The notes under the pieces were generated by a model. That model was not told the DNA's origin. It saw only the letters and a list, made by a program, of their open reading frames with translations, and searched no databases. A stretch of DNA of 64,000 nucleotides from Mytilus edulis (lineage: Eukaryota): the NCBI RefSeq assembly GCF_963676685.1, contig NC_092347.1, forward strand, positions 72,044,001 through 72,108,000, in the 5' to 3' direction. Positions 23,860 to 37,100 of the stretch are shown piece after piece. Within the stretch, counting starts at the first letter, position 1. Each line of letters starts with the position of its first letter. The position numbers and the translations under genes were made by a program.

Positions 23860-24299
23860 TTAAAGAAAATTCCGCGAAAAGATGTTATCTTCTTTGGTCC
23901 CTATACTAGGTGACGTCATAGGTATGCTTCCGGCGTCAAACATAAACACCGGGCGTTTTCTGGATTCTGTGCCGCTTCAGAATGTAATAAAATTTGATAA
24001 AAAGAAGATTTTTAGGTGCAACATGTGAGTTTTTTGGCTTATTATTGTAGAAACTACATGTCAATACATTCAGCAATTCAAAATGTCGGCCTCCTTAGTT
24101 ACAGACAAGGAGATAGAGAATTTTACCCTTACTGTCATCCAATCAGAACCATGGATACAAAATAATTGCATTAGAATTTCTTATCAGCATCTTTTAAAAG
24201 TATTATTTTTAAATCGGACACATTGAGATATAAAGACGTTTTGTTGGATGTATTCATTCATACGTAGGCACGTCCTTTCGGAAATCGGATGCACACTTA

Positions 24300-24902
24300 G
24301 AGTGGGGTGCTCATTTTCGCCATATCTTTCCATGTTTTCTTCAGTTTATGTTCAGGTCTTTATGTTTTTGAAGTATACTGATATTTCTATATGAAAATAA
24401 CTTCAAATGCAAAATATTCTTAGCTTGAAAACGTGTTTGGTTTGTGTAAAATCATCTGAACAGTTGGATTAAAGGGTGTTTGAAATTTCCTATTTTTTTG
24501 TCAACGGGGGACACATATTCGCCGTCTTTACATATCTATTTAAAACCAAATAACTGCAGCTTTAAACAATATTTATCATATAAATTTCATTATAGACGAA
24601 TAGCAGACATTTGAAGAGTGTAAAAAAAAAGAAATTTAGGGCAATCAGTCAAAGAATTACTAAGAATTGCACCTTGAAATTGTTTTTTTCATTCAGGAAA
24701 TTGGCTGAAAATCGTTGCCCATTTTGTGGTCCTTTGCCATAAGTGCCGAAATTTAGTCTCATTATCAAAAATAATCATATTTGTCATAAAAAATATAATC
24801 TAACGGCATATTTCTTCCATTTTAACCATCCTTTGAAGTTTTTAAACCTCAAAATCATAAAACGGCGAAATCGTGTCCACGGCGAATATGAGCGCCCCAC
24901 TC
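24300..24902. mobile_element. MITE with ~22-bp TIRs flanked by TA
   Basis: GAGTGGGGTGCTCATTTTCGCC ... GGCGAATATGAGCGCCCCACTC. Confidence 0.85.
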
Positions 24903-25044
24903 TAATGCTTATATTCTAACTCGCCAGCTCAAACGAATATAAATTATCTAATAAATAAAACAACATAAATATGATAAGTGTGCATACAGTTGTATGTATC
25001 AGCCTTTTGATAGTTTTTACATTCAATTGTGAATTTTTTTGAAA

Positions 25045-25184
25045 TACTAAGGCTTTTCTACCTCAGGCATAGATTAACTTAGCTGTATTTGGCAAAACTT
25101 TTAGGAATTTTGGTCTTCAATGCTCATCAACTTCGTACTTTATTTGGCCTTTTTAACTTTTTTGGATTCGAGCGTCACTGATGA
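25045..25184 (+). repeat. Hammerhead-bearing repeat fragment truncated in the core
   Basis: Aligns to 31400-31507 and ends gagcgtcaCTGATGA; followed by a fragment with inverted repeats gggctatggattttt / aaaaatccatagccc (25195-25396). Confidence 0.75.
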
Positions 25185-27282
25185 TGGATTTATGGGCTAT
25201 GGATTTTTTTCAAGACAAACTTTTTTTTCGCCTTTGGCGACAAGTCGAAAACATTTTCTTTCTTTCAATTTTAGCATTACATATAGTGGCAGCTGAGGGT
25301 GAAACAAACACATTTTGTTTCTCAGGGTCAAAAACAAATTATTTTTTTCTCCAAAAACTGGAAACAAACTTTTTTTTCAAAAAAAATCCATAGCCCCTCC
25401 CCGCAGAAAATCAAATGGTTGCTGCCTAACACAATCAAAATCTATCTATAAAAGAGGAAAAACTCATATTTATATAATATATTATTTGTATATATCCACA
25501 TTATTAAACAATTACAAATTCAAACAAGGGGTGGGTGGGTGGCTATACATAATAACGAACTGCTGCTACGTAAACTATAGGCATACTTCGAATAACTTTA
25601 TTTTCTCAAACGAACCCCTCAAGTATACTTATGCATGCTTTTCACGAATCCCGTGAGCGCATATACCCGAAAAACCGGCAGTACGGGAATATGCCATCCA
25701 ATCAAATTGAACATAAACACACACATGTTTACAGTAAACTATCACTTGCATGTTACTACGTCATGTGACCTATACATTTAATAAATATATCTCTTGTGAG
25801 GATAGTGCCTTTAAATTTGAGATACTATAAAGTTGAGTATAAGACGACTTCTAAAAATGACCCTTAATTGTTAATGATATTTCAGTTAAATAAAAAGTTT
25901 TAACTAAAACTATACTCAAATTAGGGTTATTACTGTTCAGATAGAAATTATTTAGTTAACAGTTTGATGTACTTTAATTCAAATTTAAATGAATGCGTAA
26001 AAATTTCTTTTAATTTACCTTTTGAAAAATTAAAAGGTTTTGGAAATATATTCAGGAACATGGCAATTGTTATATTATACTTCTTTTCTGTGTGCGTTTC
26101 ATTTTAGTTTTTCTGTTGTTTCGTTGTTCTCCTCTAATATTTGATGTGTTTCCCTCAGTTTTAGTTTGTAATCCGGATTTGTTTTTTTCTCAATCGATTT
26201 ATGAATTTCGAACAGCGGTATACTCCTGTTGCCTTTATCTTACCCTCAGAGTGAAATAAATGTATGTAAACTGGTTACATACCTGCTTTTGGTCTATGTA
26301 CCTGTTGTATATTCCTTAGTAAATACCTTCACCAAATAAAAAAAAAGCCAAGGAATTACAATTTGACTGCATTACGGAAATCAAATGAGCGTCAATAAAA
26401 AAAAGTTCATCGGAAGATATCAAGACCATGTAAACGCTTTCGTATCAATTTCAGAAATAATACACGATGGTCTTGAAGTATAGATTGTAGGTACTGAAGA
26501 TGTAATAGTGTTCCTTTATTTGTCTTTACAAATTATTATATTTGCTGTTTAATTTTTGTCATCTACACATGACGTGGCTCGGTACTTATGCATCCCGCCA
26601 TTGTGTTATTGTGCTATATAAAAAAAATTGTAGTCTGTCTTTCGTTTGTGCTACATTGTAATGAGCTTTGTCTATAAGCCTTTTTGCGTTTTTTTTTTTT
26701 TTGTCATATATATATTTCTTTATTGATTAAGATTATAACACAATGTTGACTGCTGTATCCCTATTTTCGACATTTCTACCATTTGATTCTGTTTGTTTGT
26801 TCACACATCGTTGTAAATATAATGGAATTTTGTGCGACTGCCATACAAGTGAGAGATTTAGCTAGCTATTAAACCAGGTTTAATCCATCATTTCCTACAT
26901 AAGAAAATGCCTATACCAAGTGAATTGTCATTAATTTGTTTGGTGGGCTTGAGGTTTTGATTTTGCTATTTGATAAGGGACTTTCTTTTTCAAATATCCA
27001 AGTCCGGTCATTTTGTTATTTTAATTACTTAATAGCGTAAGTATGTTTTTCTAGCAACACGCTTCCCAACAGATCCCTAAATGAAAAATTCAAACGTCCA
27101 TTAATGTGCAAAGTAAAAACGCAAAATAAACTGAACTCTCAAGAAAAATTCAGAATTTAGTCTTTTCAGAAATGGCAAAATCAGAAGCTTATTCACATTA
27201 AACGAATCGAAAACTACTGTCATGTTCCTGTCTTTGAACAGGCATATCCTTATATAAATAGTGGCAAATAAAAGCTGGTTTT

Positions 27283-27590
27283 AAAGGCAGCAGTAGTACA
27301 CCGCTGTTCGAAACTCAATCGATAGAAAATAACAAATCCGTATTACAAACTAAAACTGAGGGAAACGCATTAAATATAAATGAACGACACAAAATTAAAA
27401 TGTAACACACACAGAAACGAACTAAGCATTAGGCAAAATCCGATGAGAATAGCAAATATAACATCAAAACTAAATTCATGAATTTGGGATAGAAAAGTAC
27501 CGTGACACGTCTTATAGTAATGTGAATTCACACTCAAATATAAGAGCAAACAAACGACACAACGTTAAAATGTAACACACACAGAAACAA
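27283..27590 (-). repeat. Family B repeat 3' fragment
   Basis: Matches 12580-12905. Confidence 0.85.
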
Positions 27591-27884
27591 ACATGTATCA
27601 GTCTCATAAAATTTCACTATATTGACAACAATTTCTAAGCAAAACAAACAGATGTCAAACGTAAAAATGTCAAAATTATGGTACAGTAGGTATCATTGTG
27701 TTATTATTTTAATCATTACGTAACAAACCATGTCAATAAAGAAAAAAACATGGGATGTGGATGCTCTTTTGAAAAAAGAGGAAAATTCTAAAAGGAAAGT
27801 CCCTAGGCAAATGGCAATATCAAAAGCCCAAACACATCAATCGATGGGAAAGTTTATAATCAATAAAGAAAGGCAATAATACAT

Positions 27885-28220
27885 AAGAGGGGCGAAAGAT
27901 ACCAGATGGACATTCAAACTCAAAATAAACTGACAACGCCATGGATAATAGTTATCAAAGGTACCAGGATTATAATTTAGACGCGCGTTTCGTCTACGTA
28001 AGACTCACCAGTGACGCTCATATCAAAATAATTATAAGAAAGTAAAAGACCGACAAATAATAGTTCACAAGACACAACATAGAAAACTAAAGACTAAGTA
28101 ACACGAACCCTACCAAAAAACTGGGGGTAATTTCTGGTCCTCCGGAAGGATAAGAAGATCCTGCTCCACATGTGGCACCCGTCGTGTTGCTGATGTTATT
28201 AAAACCTGTGAATAGTCTTA
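27885..28220 (-). mobile_element. Penelope-like 3' end fragment with a nested hammerhead-repeat piece (~27945-28035)
   Basis: aagaggggcgaaagatacca...gatcctgctccacatgtggcacccgtcg, interrupted by gttatcaaaggtaccaggattataattt.. Confidence 0.8.
27979..28017 (-). ncRNA. Hammerhead-like motif (CUGGUGA core, 3' stem I strand lost)
   Basis: GCGTCA-CTGGTGA-GTCT-TACGT-AGAC-GAAA-CGCGCG-TC. Confidence 0.7.
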
Positions 28221-29304
28221 TACCATAGATTGTCACAACCACGCAATAAGGGCGGGATGAATAAATACCCTGCAACGTCAAAAGAATATTACCATAATGG
28301 ACTAAACGAGAAGGTTAAAATTATACAAATACAGATAACATTAACACTATAACACATAATCTAGTTGAAAAGCATAGTCAGTAGAAGTACTCAAGTAGTA
28401 CAGAGGAGGTTTTAGTAATAGTATGCCCTTTTTCTTATCATATCACAAACTTTAAATTACTCCAACTATTAAATGTTTAAAGATTCTGACAAATTTTAAG
28501 CATTTCACTCCAAAGAATATAAGAACATGCTGATGTAAAGATAAACATTTTATCATTCTAAAAAAACATACAACGATTTTCTATTAAACTGGTTTGATGT
28601 GATCGTAATATAGTCTACATACCCTGTCTATAAACACTGAGTCATTTTTAACACATGTTGTTGATTGTATCTTTTGTAAGTTACGTTTACGAGAAAATTA
28701 GACAATACATCTTTCATTAATGAAGTAACACACTTTAAATATGTAACAAGTCTTTCTTTTGAACTCTTTTTTCAATATGTTTTATACTGTAATGAAAGAC
28801 CAATGGTTAACTCAATAAGATGAAAAGACTGCCTTTATATTATAGTCAAATTATTTACAGTTAACAGTTGAGTGCAATTATAATTTGACAAATATATTCT
28901 CACATTCTCATAAATAATTAAGAAAATGGAAAATAGAAAAATATACCGAAAATGTGAGGAAGGGTCAATTTCTTGGAAATAGATCAGGACAGGGTAGAAA
29001 TAAATGAATTCAAAGAGAAAATAGAATATCTTAACATTAAAATTTTTAAGAGGTTTAAAATGAAACCCTTTTGTTCTTAAAATGTGAAATAAATTCATCT
29101 TGACATCAACAGCTTGAAAACAATATGAAGAATATTCATCACGACATACGGGGACTTTTAAATAGAAGTTTCCGTTTTGCCACAACGAAATCCGTATAAA
29201 ATTTAAAAGGCCTCAAAAACCTAACGTAACAAAAGACTAAGGCCTTCATAGTTTGTCGCTAAACTTGTCATATATGGTTAACTCTAACTCATCGTTAAAT
29301 ACTA

Positions 29305-30200
29305 ATCATATAAAATTGAGAATGGGAATGGGGAATGTGCCAAAGAGACAACAGCAAAAGGTCACCAACAGATCTTCAATGCAGCGAGAAATCCCGCACC
29401 CGGAGGCGTCCTTCAGTTGGCCCCATAACATATATATATACCAGTTCAGTGATAAGGAACGCCATACTAAACTCCAAATTGTACACAAGAAACTAAAATT
29501 AAAAATAAAACAAGACTAACAAAGGCCAGAGACTCCCGACTTTGGACAGGCACAAAAATGCGGCGGGGTTAAATATGTTTATAAGATCTCAACCATCCCC
29601 CTATACATCTAGCCAATGTAGAAAAGTAAACGCATAACATACGAACATTAAAGTTCAGTCCAAGAGAAGTCCGAGTCTGATGTCAGAAGATGTAACTAAA
29701 GAAAATAAACAAAATGACAATAATACATAAATAACAATTGGACAGACAACACGTGTATATATTGACGGAGCGGCGTACTAACTGTTCAATTTATTCTTCA
29801 ATAGCTCGCGTATCACACAATACATGTAACTTATCGTGTACAATTAAATTACATGTTTATCGATTGATTTCAGTTAATTAACAGACTACTGGCAGTAATC
29901 TGACATGCCAGCTCCAGACTTCAATTAAACTGATTGAAAGATTATGTCTTCATCATATGAATATCAGGCACAATCCTTCTTGTTAGGGGATTAGTATCAT
30001 ACCATCATAACATATATGAGAAGAACATAACCCGTGTCATGCCAAAAACTGTTTTTTTAAATAAATGTGTGTAGTTCCGATGCAAAGACCCTATACGTGA
30101 ATCAGTATTAACGCCAAAATATGCAATTTTTAATGACCTGACAACAGTATCGCAACTATGTCCCTTCTTAATAAGTTTATTTAAAGGTTTTGTTAGCTTA
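29305..30200 (-). mobile_element. Interspersed repeat (family C), probably 3' end of another Penelope-like family
   Basis: Inverted copy at ~37775-38455; 30005-30200 encodes KLTKPLNKLIKKG..VVRSLKIAYFG, similar to a PLE RT C-terminus. Confidence 0.65.
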
Positions 30201-31494
30201 TGCCGATATGCCGATACTGAAACTGTTTTGCGCTGCTGAATTAATGTAATTTGATTAATCAATCTTCAACTTTTTTCTATCGTTTGCATCATTGGCAACA
30301 ACGGCAATTACACATCCTCTGAGTAAGTCTTTAATTTCGGTTTCATCCTAAGCCTCAAAATCGGATTCCCTATTAGGCTCATATTCTCTTATCAATGTTA
30401 TTCTATGTTTCATTTCGATGATATGACAATTTGAATAGTGATCAGTAGTTGCCATTTAAACAAGAATCAAATGAATAAGGGGATAAATTTTTTACCGAAA
30501 TAATTCTACTATCAACGCAATGTACACGGTGAATAGACCTATAATAATAATTATCCGTCACCAGTTTCAATCACATCGGTTCGTCACGCTCGATAGTATC
30601 TAATAGTCTTAAAATCCTACGTTTACAGTTTGCAGTTTCATTTGGTATGGTCATTTTTTTAGTAGCGAAATGATACATATCTTCAGCAGTTTTAATTTCA
30701 ACTTTATCTCGAAGAACAGCAGTATTTGCCTGTCGTTTATCAAAACCACTTGCGGTGTTCTGTGGTCGTTTCGTGTGACCTGTTTCAAAGTCGATATTGC
30801 AAAGTATTCTTTAAATCAAAAAACTATCTGTAGAATAACTAAACCCCTTCTAATATTGAGCTTGAAACCCGTAGTCTATGTAAATTCATGAATTGTAGTC
30901 ACGGATGCAGAAATGGACGTTTTTCTAATATGTGATTTTTCATGTTCTATTGTGTGATCGGTACTGACTCATTGATTTACCCTACAGGTCTTTTTGAATG
31001 TACTTTTTGATTTGGCTCTTATAGATTAATGTCGACGTTGACTTGGTAAATTTATGTGACACCTTTGTAATCTCTGTAAATAAAAAAAAATACAATCAAT
31101 ATCTTTTATATGACAAATAAACACCATTTAGCTAAAAAAGTTCACCCTCATTCAAAATAGGCAATACTGAGAGTTACTGGTAATCATAAAACAAATATAT
31201 TTTTACAGAAAATTTGCAATATTTTCTGTTAATTGCATCGTCTTGAACATGTTTTGTGTTTGAGAACATGGGTACAATATATATGGACGCAAGTGGTTAC
31301 GTATTTTTGCGGTGAACGTTTATTTTTTTACGATAACTGGTTACTTTGTATTCTACTTCTGCATTTTAGTTACCAAAAACCGTTGATTGGTTTCTATTTA
31401 CCTAAGCTGTTTGGCAACACTTAAAGGAATTTCTTGTCCTCAATGCTCTTTAACTTCGTACTTTATTTGGCGTTTTTAACATTTTTTTATTCGA

Positions 31495-31538
31495 GTGTCA
31501 CTGATGAGTCTTTTGTGGACGAAACGCGCGTCAGGCTT
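31495..31538 (+). ncRNA. Type I hammerhead ribozyme with canonical catalytic core
   Basis: GTGTCA-CTGATGA-GTC(TTTTGTG)GAC-GAAA-C(GCGC)G-TC-AGGCTT; core and stem II intact, stem I partly decayed. Confidence 0.85.
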
Positions 31539-31599
31539 AAATATGAAATTTAAAAAGTTATATTTTGTATTGCTTGGTTATAATTTGTACAAAGGAGTA

Positions 31600-32345
31600 A
31601 TTTGCATTCCTTATATACACTGGCTAGCTTCTCCGTAAAGTTGCTATTGTAGATAGTTAAACCTTTGCACATCTCTCAACGAAGGATTTCATTGTCATGT
31701 ATGGCAGAATTATAGGAATCCCCAAAGGCTGACCATTCTAGTAAATTTCCGCCAAAAGTGGGCAGGTTGAGTTTTTGCAATTTGTTATAATGACTTGACG
31801 ACATAGAGTTGGGCATGTTTAACTGGCTTACGCTTGTTTGTTCTGAATTGAAAATTATCGGACTTGAATGTTCTTCCACACTGGGGTTAGTCTTACTTAC
31901 TTCTTTGATGAACTTCTCAATTTTCGTTATTCCAACTCGTATCTGTCGATTTCTTCAATTTCTTCGTCGAAGTCTTCTTCTTCTTCATCTTCTTCTTCAA
32001 TAGTTTCCAAAATTTTATCATTAAGGTCGGCCAATGTCTTCTGCTTGGTTTTGATCAGCTCCATTATAGATTTCATCTTGTTGAGGTTCTTCTGTGTGGT
32101 CTCTTTTTTTCAGTAACTTTATTACTGCTCGTCGATGTGCTGCTCGTACTGTTTTTAATTTCGTTTTTTTTGTCGCGGCACCAATATCTTGAGGGTTATT
32201 AACATTGTAATACTTGTGGAAGAAAATAAAGTTTTGCTAGTTGAGATGCTATATAATCGTAAGATAAAGATACGTAGCAATAGCGTTACGTTACATTACA
32301 ATAGTGTGCGTAAAAGTACGGGAAAGAATTACATAACATAACGTT
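31600..32345 (-). mobile_element. BEL/Pao 5' fragment (LTR remnant, PBS, gag start)
   Basis: PBS TGGTGCCGCGACA at 32171-32183; KLKTVRAAHRRAV; KLQKLNLPTFGGNLLEWSAFGDSYNSAIHDN. Confidence 0.85.
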
Positions 32346-32436
32346 CTAAGGTCTCTTGGCCTATATTCATGACACCACACACTCAAACCTCTCATATCTA
32401 TCTTATATCTCCCTTTTCATTTCCCCAAGGATTCTG

Positions 32437-32846
32437 CTAATTCAGAAGCTCTTTTTTACGGGGTTGTTTCCCTTTTCCCTCTTTTTTTGTTTTGTTTTTT
32501 TCCAAACGCAAATCCATGGCGGAAATGGTCTTAGTTGGACGGATGTTGGGGTTGTCCCCGACAGTTCCTTCCATTTCCTCTATGTATTTAAAATTATGGG
32601 TTCCCTCTCCGCTCTTCCTGTTTTTATCTTCCACCTGCTTAAATTTTGTTTCAAGCTTCTGCCACTTGGATTTTAATTGCATCCAAGAGACAGACTGAGC
32701 CTCTTTACTACTAGTTGCGTTAAATATAAGGGCAATAATCTCCCATACTGCCTTTTTTGTTATCCTTCCCTCCTCAAATTTATACGAGTGCTCCTTACGA
32801 TACTCAATCAGCCTTTAAATGCTTGAGTCATCCCAGATGTATTTCT
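32437..32846 (-). pseudogene. Myb/SANT-like (MADF/trihelix-type) DNA-binding exon, typical of PIF/Harbinger accessory ORF
   Basis: KYIWDDSSI*RLIEYRKEHSYKFEEGRITKKAVWEIIA..QLKSKWQKLETKFKQVEDKNRKSGEG..FKYIEEME; TTTCAG acceptor ending at 32847; one in-frame stop. Confidence 0.78.
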
Positions 32847-34199
32847 CTGAAATAATATACAATTTTACTAACTTTTCATGTTAAATTGTATGTATTATTT
32901 CAAATCTAGATTAAGTGGACTGTTATAGTTAAATAAATTTTATTAAATTGTTTGAATACTTTTCATTCACAGTGTTCACCTTTTGACACCAATCATCAGT
33001 TAAGCTGATTGTGGATGAAATAAACAATTACAGTAATGCCTTTTTGTGGTTATCTTATATTTGATACGTTTCCCTCAGTTTTAGTTTGTAACCCGGATTT
33101 GTTTTTTGTCTATCGATTTATGAATTTTGAACAGCGGTATACTACTGTTGCCTTTATTTAATGTTAGCGCAATTCTAAACACTGGTTACAACTGCTTTAT
33201 ATGCGACGTATAAGGGGTCCATGGTGATAGCCACTAGCCAAATCGAGAGCACTTAACCATTGGTTTCTCATTTAGTCCTTTATCACCCTGTATAACCCCG
33301 ATACAAATGAATCCGGACGTTGATGCGTTCGAAGCGATAATCAGGACAACATTTGGTATGACAACAATTTCGAATGCTTCTTTTGAACTTTTTAAAGTAT
33401 ATATAAATATGTCAATGTGCATGTTAGTTTATTTATTCAATTATACAGTTTTGGTAAGTTTTAGATATTGGATTGAACGTTTGATAAAACTGCTAGATGC
33501 AAAACGCATAGACATGGTGCAATTTCATACGTTTTATGGGGTAAAAAATGCTGAATATCTTTTCGTGCATACACCTTTGCATATTAATACCTTACGCAAT
33601 AATAAATAACTACACGTTGAATTACTACGTGTCTTTAAATGTTCCCAAGAACTTAGGGAATCTCATACTAAATAAATTTTCTCTTACTGTATTGTTTGTT
33701 CAATCAAATGTGTCGCGTTCGTTGTGCGTTTTTAAATAATCACTGTACAGTTCGTTGTACACATCTGATAGGAATGCTTCTATTGAAAATTAGGACTTTC
33801 AACGTTATTCCAGATGAAATGAACAGTTAATAAATATATTCCAGTAGAAATAAAGTTTCAAAAAGTATAGTACAGTCAATACTTAAATTACTTACTTTTC
33901 ACAATTTGAGACTCTTCCAAATGCCGATGTTGGTCCAAATTCGCATAGACGAAAGCAGACATAGGAACTCGTTGAACTTAATTTGCCGAATGCCATACTC
34001 GATGGCATTCCAACTGCTTTATTTATTCATTTTTATATATATATAAAGCTTTGTAGATGTGATGTGGTGGCCAGTGAGGCAACTTTCCACCAACGTTTTT
34101 TTTATATTATTAGATATAAGTCACCAATACTCATATATTTTTTTATTAGTTAACTTATTTCGTTATCATAACCCAATAAGTTAACTAATAACATCATAC

Positions 34200-37100
34200 C
34201 TTAGACATATATTCATAGCCTTCATTCTTTTGTAGCACTGCAGATCAAACTCTATATCTTAAACTGGCGGAGCCAGAATAATGTAACTGTTTAGGAGCTT
34301 TGGATGCCACTGTGTTGTTGAAGCTCTCATTAGCTTGTGAGCTGGATAGTTTTGAAAGTTGATTGGCTTTTGAAAGATTGTTTCCAAGTCTTCCAATTGT
34401 TTTGATGTTAAATCTTTTCATATGGAAGGTTTAAGTGTTTGTAGGCATCTCCTTTTGTTAATCCACCACACCAACTCGCATTACAAAATGTAGGGTTACC
34501 AAATATGTGTTCTGTAATTGCTGTAAGTCCATTTTTGATACCGTCTTCTGAACCTTGATTTTTATCAATCATATATGAAAAGTTTTTCTTGATTGAGGCA
34601 ACTACCTTCTGTGTAAACTCTTTGTGCATTTTGAAATTTTTTAATTCATACAATTTACTTTTCCCATTTTTCTTAATATGATTTCTGTCACTAGTTTTTT
34701 CGATTTCTAAATGTGGCATCTGCTTTTTTATTTTTTTCAAAACCTGTGGAGTCGTCGTCTCCTGCAATTTCTGACACATTTATTTTCTCAAACACAACCA
34801 AATCCTCCACCATTTGAGCTATCATATCCGCTTCCATAGCTTTTGCGGAACCCCTCCAATTTTGTTTGCATTCATTCACTCTTGCGAAATCCGCTTTCTT
34901 TTTTAGCTGATTGACATATTAGACAACTGGAAACCTCTGTGCATAGTGAAGATTTTTTTGTGTTTTTACCAATGAGGGTTGCAACACCTTAAGAAAAATG
35001 CAAACATACAAATTTATATATTACAGAAATCCATATTTTCAACGGTTCAGGAGTTATGATCATTGAAAGACTGATGTATTTATCTAGCCTGTAACTTTTG
35101 TCGCAATAAGCTCAATATAGGAGTAGTGATCAGGAGGAGGGGACTATGCAGTAGTGTTAGCAAACTACTAAAAAGCATAATATTTTAGAAGGAGGATGAT
35201 ATAGATAATGTATACTTAGTATAAAGATACCTTATGTTACAAAGTTACTGTCTGTCACATGCCAATTGCCCTTGACCTTGTTTTCATGGTTTAGAGACTA
35301 CTTGAAAAAAGTTAAGAATTTTTGTTATGTTAATATCTCTCTTATTATGAATAAAACTTTCTAACGGCTTAAATGAAAACTTTGCCAATAGGTCAACTAT
35401 ATTTGTTGAATGGGAGGATTATAAGCTGTACAAATCTGCATACCATGGCTCATCTGACCTTGATCTCATTATTGGTCAATGTTTAAAAACAATTGGCAAT
35501 ATATTTGAGTCAACTATATTTAGTATATTGAATAATTGTAAGGTATATAAGTATTTCTCATTGGATTATATGAGCTTCACCTCATTTTTCTGGCATTATG
35601 TTAAGTTTACGTAATAGTTGTAGAAACGCTTTCTTTTTAGGACTATCAACATAATATAAATGGTTAGTATAGAGGTCGATATTTCAGCAATTGCACTGGT
35701 GTTGTACTAACAGATATAAACAAAGATGTTTACTGTCATACTGGCAGAATATGCATTATTTTATTAAACTACTTTTTAGGTTACCAGACCGACTATTGTA
35801 TGATCTCCCAGAGCCTTTCTTCTGCCAACATGTGTCAGTGGAAACACTAATCCCATTACCTAACATATTCTCTTCAAGATCAGAATCTTCTTCATAATAA
35901 AAAGTTGGAAAAAGTTTTACTTGAAGTGCATTTTATAAGTAGAGTCATAATTTTATTGGCATATGTACAATTTGTTTCAACTTAATATACAATGTACATA
36001 TATATACTAGTAAATGAAGTTGTTGAGTCAGCGATTTCTACCAATATTGAAGTCCCGTACTACCAGGCAGTATCTATTTTTTAATAATGACAATAGTGCA
36101 AAAAACTATTATTTTGTGAATTATCTAATTCAAATAACGTGCCTGCAAGCAAAATATCCAACCATATCAAAATTAAAACTTGATAAGTGTAACTTGTCAT
36201 GGTTATACATCAAATATTGTATAAAAAAAAAATAATTATTTACTGGACTGACAGATAGACAAGGAGTGAGAACATAAAGTCTCCTTAAGGTTTTCTGGGT
36301 ATATTTTCATAACCTTTCTGTATTTCAGGATGTATTGGAGATTTTTCAAGTTAAATTTGTTTGGCCTTTTATAGAATGCTGTTCTGTCACAGTGTGAGCC
36401 AAGTTTCCACTTTATAACTTTACTTTGACCTATAATATGATAATGGTTATTTTTTTCAAATTATGACTTGGATGGAGAGTTGTCTCATGGGCATCCATAC
36501 CACATCTTGGATCTATTGATGTTGAACGATTAAAAAACATAGTCACGATAGTAATTGAGTGTAACAATTTGCTTTACAAAAAAAAGTGTAAGTCTTTCAA
36601 CATTTACTCAATCATTATTAGTTGAACAACACCAGAGAAGGCCACAGCACAAATTGGTATTCAATTATGCGCAAGAAACTCCCGTACCTAGAGACGTGCT
36701 TCAATTTGCCCCTATATAAAGATATAAACTAGTGAACAAGTATTAGTTAATCAAACCTGCAGCACTGGGTTCACAAATAACCAATGATCCAATGGCCTCT
36801 TCTGTCAGGAAATTGTTTTCTGATGTATTTGCATTTTTTTTCTATAACATGTCCAATTTCATTTTCCCTTCCTTTTAAGCTTTTGTGGTCAATACAGTGC
36901 AGGTTTATGGTAGACAGCAAGTTATTCAATTGTGTTTCTCAAATTCCTGAATGAATCATCCCTACAGATCAAATGTTTTTTTAACAAAAGGAGAAAGAAC
37001 ATGTAACAGTATAATTATAAACTCATAAAGAGTCATAAAGTAGCTCCTGGAATTTAAAAAAAAGAAAATTACGTATGTCATTCAAAACTGTTCTAATATT

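Noticed and set aside
30215-30455. Minus-strand MATTDHYSNCHII... as a host exon
   Set aside because: Contains in-frame stops and no motif I can recognise
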